Made by a program: the position numbers and the translations under genes. Below are positions 55,823-64,000 of a stretch of 64,000 bases of DNA, piece after piece. This stretch comes from Chlorokybus atmophyticus (taxonomy: Eukaryota; Plantae; Mesostigma and Chlorokybus algae). Under the pieces are notes generated by a model. The model was given only the letters and a program-made list of their open reading frames with translations. It was not told the DNA's origin and made no database searches. Positions within the stretch are counted from its first letter, which is position 1; every line of letters starts with the position of its first letter. Location: NCBI GenBank assembly GCA_009103225.1, contig RHPI01001116.1, positions 825,267 through 889,266 on the forward strand, read 5' to 3'.

Positions 55823-57453
55823 TTACAATCTTGAAGCTTCATATTCATAGACCCCGCTACCGCTCTTCTTCCCCAGTCTCCCCGCATCTACATACAATAC
55901 AAGCAGCGGGCACGGTCGGTACTTATCGTCTCCCAGCCCCTGATGCAGAACGCGCATGATGGCCAGACAGGTGTCGAGCCCGATCATGTCGGCCAGCGCG
56001 AGAGGACCCATCGGCTGGTTCGTACCCAACTTCATGCCGAGGTCGATGTCGGAAGGGGTGGCGACGCCCTCATGAAGGGCAAAGAAAGCTTCATTGATCT
56101 GCGTTTGGGAAGTGGAGTTGTGTGTACGTGTAATGTACCGCACATAGCAAGTATTCAAAGCAGCATCTTTACCATTGGCATCAGTATGCGATTCACGATG
56201 AAGCCTGGATAGTCCTTTGCCGTGCATGTGGTTTTGCCCATGGCTTCTGCAAAGGCCTTTGTCGTGGCAAACACTTCATCGCTAGTGGCTAAGCCCCTGA
56301 CGATCTGCAGAGCTATCAACATTGTCAGCTTGTGTGGGATGGCATGTTTGCATGCATGCATGCATGCATGTGTCATGCAATGATGCCATGTAAACTTGCT
56401 CCTTGTGCCAGACACACCTCTATCAGCTGCATTATGGGCGGAGGGTTCATCCAGTGCATGCCGATGACACTCTGCGGACGCTTGGTGGCTGCCCCGAGCC
56501 TTGTTATTGAGATCGAGCTGGTGTTGCTAGCAAGTATAGCTGACGGCCCAAGCACCTGAATGCTCTCATGCATTAGTACAGAAACTACACTCTGTTTTTG
56601 GCTTCCTCATTTCTCACCTCATCCAGTTCAGTGAATATCTTGCGCTTGAGCCCCTCGCTCTCGCTGACGGCCTCGATGACAATATCCGCCGCCGCCATGT
56701 CGCTCAGGCTCGTCGTAAGCTTGATTCTCGCCAGCGTGACGTCAGCGGCTTCCTGCGCTGAACACGCACGACACACACGCTGAGACAAGCAGCAAGGTGG
56801 TCCTACATGCTACGCTTGTCCATATGCTTGCCTGTGTGATGGTTCCCTTCTTGACGAAGCGCGTGAGTGAAGAAGCGATGCCCTGGCGGCCACGGTCAAG
56901 AGCAGAAGCGCTCACGTCGGAGAGGATGACGTCGTGTGAGGATGAGGCGGCAACCTGGCAGAGAGGAAACGCGATGTGATAATAACTTGGTGAAGTACGA
57001 TAGGATTGTTACTTGGATTGAGAGTATGGCATTGTCGGAGTGTAGAACATTGCGATTTGCGCAAAGCACTAGTGTGACTGTTACAAAGCAAAGCATACAA
57101 GCACAAAAGACAAGTACAGAAGACAGGCACTCCGCTGCGTCCGTGCCAGCAGGCACAAGCGCTGACACAGTGCAATTGTGACACATTTCTTCAATCACAA
57201 TGCGGCTTCCTCGAATGAATGCAACAGAGACAGACCCCATGTTGACAGCTTTTGAACCCACTATCAACTACCAACACTGCACTGAGCTCCAAGCCTGCAA
57301 GTGCCTCTTAACTCTTACCTGCGCGATTCCGCTTCCCATCTGCCCCGCGCCCACCACCCCCACGACCCTGACGACCCTCGCCACGCCTGCCATCTCCCCG
57401 GCAGCCCTCGCCACCGCCGCCATCGCACCGGCCGCCGCAGCAGACGCCGCCAT
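55823..57453 (-). CDS. hbd: 3-hydroxybutyryl-CoA / 3-hydroxyacyl-CoA dehydrogenase
   Basis: [124 protein letters not shown]. Confidence 0.97.
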
Positions 57454-57586
57454 GCTGACGCACACCAATAATGTGCACCAATTATCATTTTTCTGTTGCG
57501 GAACCGGGTTCGACGGAGCGGGGTTGGTGCAAAGGGTTGATTGGCCGTCAACTGTGTGGATCCGGATCGGGCTGTCACATGCTGCA

Positions 57587-57615
57587 CTGAGCTGAGCTGA
57601 GCTGAGCTGAGCTGA
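57587..57615. repeat. (GCTGA)n pentamer repeat in the hbd/WW divergent intergenic region
   Basis: CTGAGCTGAGCTGAGCTGAGCTGAGCTGA, followed by a (GGC)n tract. Confidence 0.85.
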
Positions 57616-57696
57616 ACAGCCCGCCGGGCGGCGGCGGCGGCGGCGGCGAGGGAGGAGGGGGAGGTAGAGGTGGTGTTGGAGGAGGTGGAGGAAAAG

Positions 57697-60623
57697 ATGG
57701 CTTTGGATATGGTGCCCAACGGCGCGAGTGTCTCGCCAAAGCAGCCATTGGCGGCGCTCAAACGACCGCCTGTCAGGGTAAGAACATGCTCCACGATGGC
57801 GTGCGTGCGTGCAGCTCATTCAATCAGTGCAAAGGCACACAATATGTCGACCTGTAGCACAAGTCATAAGCATGAACTTAACTACAGCATGCGCAAAGCA
57901 AGCAGCAATCACTTTCTAGCCGAGCATCATCAGCGAGCCATCGAGCACAGATGTTGCCGTCGCTCAGTGCTCTTCTCATCAATGACAGGTTCTGCAGCCG
58001 AACGACGGTCCCCCAACCCCGCCTCCGCCCCTCCTCTCCCCGCACAACCGCTTCGCCCACGCCGCCACAAACACCTCACCCTCACCCAAAACCACGTCCC
58101 CCACCCCCACCAACAACATCAACAACATAGCCTCCCCCGTGCTCTTGCACCCGTCCAGCCCGCTCGCGCGCAGCAGCAAACCCGCACCCATCGTAGCAAA
58201 GGCGAGTGAGGAGAAGAGCGCATAACACTCACATTATTACATACACAACCACACACACATTCACACCCACACACATATACACCCACACACCAACTCAACA
58301 ACTATAACAACGTCAGGTGTTGAGGTTGCGGGACGCTCAGGCCATCGGAGAGCCGCCCGGCGACAGTATGGATGACGCCGACGGCGACAACAACAAGAAG
58401 GAGGAGGAAAGGGAGGAGGAAGAGGAGGAGATGGGCTTACCCACGCCACAGGCAAGTTGGTTGGGTTGTGTGCGGGGGGAAATGCGGAGTCTTGTGGCGT
58501 GTTGGTTGTGATATGTGCGGGTTTGGTGAGCAGGAAGTTGAGGAATGTGCGGTGTACTTGGGTATGGATCCCGCAGCCGACGGGGACCTGTTGTGGATTG
58601 CCGAACACGCTCTCCTTGCGCCCGTACCAGGCAAGAAAGCACAAGCATGCATCCACTTTGTCACAACGTGCTCGTGTGCATGCGTGTGTGCGTGCGTGCG
58701 TGTTTACATGGATGCCCGCACTGGGGAGTTAACATCACAATGCGCGTGATGCAAAACCTACCACAGATGGATGGGTGGAGCAGACCGACCACCTCGGCCG
58801 CGTCTTCTACATCGACCGCAACGCCTCACCCTCCCCACCCTCCCCACCCTCCCCATCACCGTCATCCTCACTCCCAACAAATTCATCCACATCAACACTA
58901 ATAGCTTCTTGGGCTCACCCGCTCGACGCCCACTACGCCGCACTCTTCCTCGCACTCAAAGCGCAGATGTCGGCCGTGCCGCCACCCAAGTTGACAAGAG
59001 AGGAGGTGAGATTGAGTGAGACAGAGGGAGGGAGAGGGGGAGGAGGATGTGTTGTAAGGGGATGTTGAGTGAGGTGTGAGGTGTAGGTTGCGAGCATGGC
59101 GGCGTATCTGGGAGTGGACTTGAAGGCTGAGATGGGGTTGCTGTGGGTGGCATATCAGGCCTTGGCGGCTCCATTGCCTCAGGTGTGCCTGTCAGTCGTG
59201 CAAGTTGTGGTCCAAGTGTGTGTATGTGTGTGTATGCACGCGCGCGCGCGCGCGTGCTACTGTGCTACTGTGCTCTGGCAGATACACGTGTCCATGTGTG
59301 CTACATCATGACATGACACCAAACAGTGTGCAATAGTAGGGATGGGAGGAGTGCGAGCACCATGCTGATGACGAGCGATATACTTACTACTACTCGCGAG
59401 CGACGGGGCGCACAACACATGAACATCCCTTTGACGCACTCTTCCGTCAGCTGGTAAGCAAGCAAAGTTCTCTTCTTTCATGCCCAGCATTGAGTATTTA
59501 CGTGTATTGAGCAGATTCAACAGCGGTCATATACTGTATGCACTCGAGCTCAGTCACACGAACACAAGCGCACACAAACACACGAGCGTATGTGTGCGCG
59601 TGTGCACGTGAGTCCTTACACAATCTAAGCCAGCACAATTGCAGTCATACAGTGCACGCGCACTCTTGCGTGCACATGCACATGTACACATGCACACGCG
59701 CACACTCTTATGCACATGCTATATCTGTTCAGCTTGACCTTGAGAGGATCAAAGCGAGGTTGCGTGCGAAAAAGGCGAGCAACGGGCATACAACGAGTAC
59801 GTGACTCGAGCACTGTGCGCACTTTGTGTCGTTGTTCATCGTGTCAATGCTGACTTACCACTCGACAACAGGTGCACCAGAACACGTGTGGATGCGGCTC
59901 TTTGATGCTGAATCAGACAGCTACTACGAGTATGATTGGGTGACAGACCAGAGGATACCGCTTGACACGGCCGACACTGCAGCGATACAACACGATTTGA
60001 TGGACACAACACGGCTACAGGCAAGTGAGAGGAGTGACAGGCAGCAGCAACCGCACGTAGTTGTTCGAAGCGTGTGACAAGGTTGGATTGCTGTGGTGCA
60101 GGTCGTTGTGGGTGAAGCCAATGTGAGGGCAGGAGTGTCGAGCACAATACCCAACACAACTATAACAAGAGCGGTTGAGGTGGAGGTGGGCGTGGTGATT
60201 GCAGATGATCATGCGTTGAAAACCATGGGCGACACAGAGGGTGAGCACACTGCAGGATGGACGGCACTGTTCATGTGTATATGCGTGTGCGTGTGCGTGT
60301 GCGTGTGCAGGCGAGGGTGTGTGCATGTGTGCATATATGTGGGTAAGTGTGCACATGTGTATGTGCGTGCGTGTGTGACCAACACACTCAATGCAGGTGT
60401 CCAATGCGACACACCCACGTCCACACACGAAAACGACGAGTCCCCTCGGCGCGTGCCTTTGTCTTCACGCCGCGCCGGCAGCGCTCCATTCAGCAAAAAC
60501 ATTAGGAAGAAGGTTGGCAGCAGAAGCAGTAAAGCCAATAGCAGTATAAACAGTGGCGGCAAGAGCTGGGGCCAGTGGGGCAGCAGCTTGCCTGGCGTGC
60601 GATGGCTTCTTGGAGTGCCATGA
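57697..60623 (+). CDS. WW-domain protein with tandem CEP164-like N-terminal modules
   Basis: QEVEECAVYLGMDPAADGDLLWIAEHALLAPVPDGW..GRVFYID..SWAHPLD and EEVASMAAYLGVDLKAEMGLLWVAYQALAAPLPQGWEE..YYYSRATGRTTHEHPFD, plus a third WW-like exon (WMRLFDAESDSYYEYDWVT). About 10 exons. Confidence 0.8.
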
Positions 60624-61990
60624 CTAGTTCCTGATGTAGTGCTGGTGTTTCATTTGTTGTGTTCGTGTCTGCATGCTTATTGATATGCCTACGCCAAGCT
60701 AGTTTCACTGATCTCTATCCCTGCTGGCAACACAACTGCTGCTTGTTGAAAGCTAAGAGAAAGTACGTAACCACATAAGAGTTGCTATATAACAAACTCA
60801 ATGAAAGGGGACAGATGCAAGCAATGCAGCAGCAAGCATGACTTTACAAGGGGATCAAATCACAGCTAAGCACATCACCTAACTCACACAATCAACTACA
60901 CCAACTAGGACCTTAAGAGCTAAGACCCCCTCAGGCAGCAACAATAGCGTAGGCAGTAGCAGTAGCAGTAGCTAGCATTGGCAACAAGCCATATGGAGGA
61001 GAGACACCCTACAGAGCGCATGTGCAAATGTGGGTTTGTATGTTTCTCGTCATACAAATTCATGTCACATGTTGCACACATCAACTCATAATCTAGCTGC
61101 AGCACTAGTAAATAAACAGCATGTTTATTAACATCTTATATGAACACGCTTAAGCCCGCAATTGTGGGCGTAAACGTCAGCTACACGCTTTTGCTGTAAC
61201 ACCATTCATTGTAGTTGCAATTAATACAAATACACCAAAGCAGTTGATGTGTGTTGTGCGTTAAAGGATGTGAATCTGTTTCCAGTAGACATGAAGTTGG
61301 GTAAATGTAAACGATTATATGTGTCTTTTTTCATGGTACATGCTTTATGGTACATGTGAAGTATTGCATGATGTTTGTGAGGTGGTCGTGATAAATGTTG
61401 TTGGGCTATAGCAAGGTCCCACTCCCTTGTCATAGCGATATTCTGGATGTCGTTTCGTGGTTGAGATTGGCAACAAAAACTGATGGAACTGGCAGCCCCT
61501 CTGAATCATTGCCACCTCACACCGGTCAGCAACCGGCATGAGTTTGAACGATGTGCACAGTTCATTGCAATTTAACCTTCATTGTGGAGATATGACCGCT
61601 TTATGCCAGCTCAGCTTGCGTCTATACCGGCGGGCAGCCGACGCGTCGCGTGGGAATCTGCAGTGGCGCCGCGTCCCGGGTCGCGCGCTGTGTCGGAGCA
61701 GGACGAGGCGCAGCTGGGCATCCTTTGCCCAACGGGCAACGCAACCGTCAATTCGGACGCTGACGGGTTGCGTGACGCAACTTGCGTGACTGATGTAACG
61801 CGCGGCCAGACACGCTTCAGATACGTGTCTGGCGGGGTAGATAGGCGACGCCTTGGCAGCGTGGATGTCCGCACTATAGGCGGCGTGGGCGCCGCCATAC
61901 TGCTGATTTTGGGCGAAGGAAAGATTTTGACCTCTTTGTTGGTGTTGTTCATGAGGCTGGTTTGAGAACCGGGGTTGAGACTGTTTCGTC

Positions 61991-63942
61991 ATGGCATCAG
62001 CGGTGGCAGACTGTTTGCTGGCCTGCAGGGCTCTTGCCACCGCCTCTTCGTCCTCCTACTCCGCTGTTGAAAGGCCTGTCCAGCATGCAGCCACGCACAT
62101 GCGAGCCGTCAAAGAGCGTGGCTTCAAGCAAAGGGGGGCGCAGTTCACCTCCGCAGCACGACGGTTACCCATCAACAACCTCACAACGTGAGCTCAGCTG
62201 TGTGTATGTCTCAGTTATGTTAATGTGGTTGTTCACACATGACATGTGCATTTCAAACAAATTCAAGCAAAGTTAGATGAAAGTGCATTGCATTTGCTTT
62301 CTGATGAAAGCTGAAGTGGCAGCTGTTACTATCATGCTTACATACCTGAAAGCGTTGCTTTTGACCGGTAATGCCAGAGTGCGTGTAAGCTTTTGTGTTC
62401 AATCTCTTCATATTGTCATGCAGGCGTGCTTCTGTCAATGATGCGGTTGCAACAGATGCGCAAGAAGCGGACTTCACCATCTCCGCAGATGACCCCAAGG
62501 TATGGAACTGTTCTTTCTTAGCACCTGAGGTTGCCGAGGCAGATTTGTACAGTGCAAGCTTTGTAAGTAAATTTGTCATTTGAAGGCTATGGCTGTGCAA
62601 TGATTGTGGTTGTCTCCTGAAATGGGGTTATCAATGGTCATTGACACTGTTCATGCTGTTGATTATGTCTTGACGTGGTGCATGCACAGCCTGTGGTGAT
62701 GATTGACCACGTGACGGACCCGCACCACACGGTTATCACGATTGCTTTCGGCGACCGCCTTGGAGCACTCCTCGACACCGTTGCCGCCATGGAACGTGTT
62801 GGCCTCAACGTAGCCCGCGCAACGGTGCGTGCATGCATGCTTGCTAATGCATGTGCATGTCAACTTGCGTGTGTCTATGTGCCATGTATTCGCACACATG
62901 CGCGCATGAGTGCGTGTGTGTGTAACCAGAGACACCAACGTGTACACACGCACCCACACGTGCGCGCATATGTGCATGGGTACACGTGGGTACGTGCGGG
63001 TGTGTAGTGTGTGCGAGTATCAGATTGCTTGCTATGACTGACATTAGCATGGCGCTGGGTGTTATGTATGCAGGTGACTACCACAGACGCGAGGGGTCGC
63101 AATGTCTTTTATGTCACGAACCTGTACGGAGAGAAGCTGCACGACGTGGACAAGTTGGAGCAGATCAGGCAGACGATTATCAACAACATGCTCAAGTACC
63201 ATCCTGAGAGCAGCAAAAACCTGTCCAAGTCAAAACCGGCCAGGAAGGTGGGTTTCAGTTCAATCGCATAGCCTGTTGCACCATTGCTCTTTCCTTTTCT
63301 TCTACTCAGATGTTATGTGCTGCATTCCACTTGAGCTGTGTGATTGAGTACTTTGTTGTCACAGACTGCGACGGACATTCCGACTATGATATCTGTGTCC
63401 ATGCATCCTGACGGGACCTGCAGCATTCTGAAGGTGGGTGTTGTGCATCTCGTTTTGCTATTGTCAATACCAACAACAGTGCCTTGCTTCAGAAAACTTG
63501 CTTGTTGTCAGTCTAGCAGCTCAATGAACACTCTTTGTGCCTTGTGCTTCATCAGGTGCAAACTGCGGACAGGCCAGGGCTGCTGTTTGACATCACAAAG
63601 ACATTGAAAGAGATCAGTGTCAACATCTTGACAGCAGAGATTGACACGAAGGTGTGCACATTGCTTCACATAGGACATGTCACGACTGCTGCACTTTGGA
63701 GATCGACCTGATTGTGCTATGACCTCGTAATAGGGTCTGGTGGCCATGGACAAGTTTGAAGTCGAATATCGCGGGAGGGGTCTTCCGAAACCCATGGTGG
63801 AGGTCAGCTTATTATACTTATTTGTCCATTGTCATGATTTAACCTTCTCAGTTGCTAACTTGTGTTTATGTTGCAGCTGGTCACAAACTGCTTGCAGTAC
63901 TATCTGGACCTCACTGACATCGAGTCTGAGGAGTCGTACTAG
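61991..63942 (+). CDS. ACR11/12: Plastid ACT domain repeat protein ACR11/ACR12-like
   Basis: Transit peptide, PVVMIDHVTDPHHTVITIAFGDRLGALLDT, QIRQTIINNMLKYHPES, VQTADRPGLLFDI..ISVNILTAEIDTKGLVAMDKFEV.YRG, LVTNCLQYYL..SEESY*. Confidence 0.93.
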
Positions 63943-64000
63943 TCAATTGGTAGAGGTGTTGCCTGGAGCCGCTTCGTTGCAATATGGCGGCTACATGTAC

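Noticed and set aside
49964-57453. Apparent lipid-metabolism cluster (KAS III, hbd, plus SPHK elsewhere in the window)
   Set aside because: Different compartments and pathways, interrupted by an unrelated methyltransferase. Probably chance adjacency.

Overview
Eukaryotic nuclear scaffold from an intron-rich green alga. The plant-type genes (ATXR3, GIF, plastid KAS III, ACR11/12) suggest an early-diverging streptophyte alga, but that is inference only. About 15 spliced genes can be rebuilt by hand: a C2H2 zinc-finger protein, sphingosine/LCB kinase, ATXR3/SDG2 H3K4 methyltransferase, a GT90/CAP10 glycosyltransferase, SGT1, GIF/SS18, an AIMP3/Arc1-like GST-fold protein, BUD32, a heme-oxygenase-like protein, a DENN protein, KAS III, a SAM-dependent methyltransferase, 3-hydroxybutyryl-CoA dehydrogenase, a CEP164-like WW protein and ACR11/12. 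There is also one uncertain orphan gene, some decayed ORF-like pieces, microsatellites and four N gaps. The most notable observations are: (1) a complete bromodomain spliced into ATXR3; (2) at least 8 GC-AG introns among roughly 100, 4 of them in one gene; (3) an in-frame TAG in an otherwise intact GT90 gene; (4) SGT1 without its TPR domain; (5) tight head-to-head gene pairs, including BUD32 with a tRNA-synthetase cofactor; (6) a 184-bp exact copy of ATXR3 3' exon/intron sequence inside an ATXR3 intron. No tRNA, rRNA, CRISPR array or intact mobile element could be supported. Exon boundaries were assigned manually, so gene starts are approximate.
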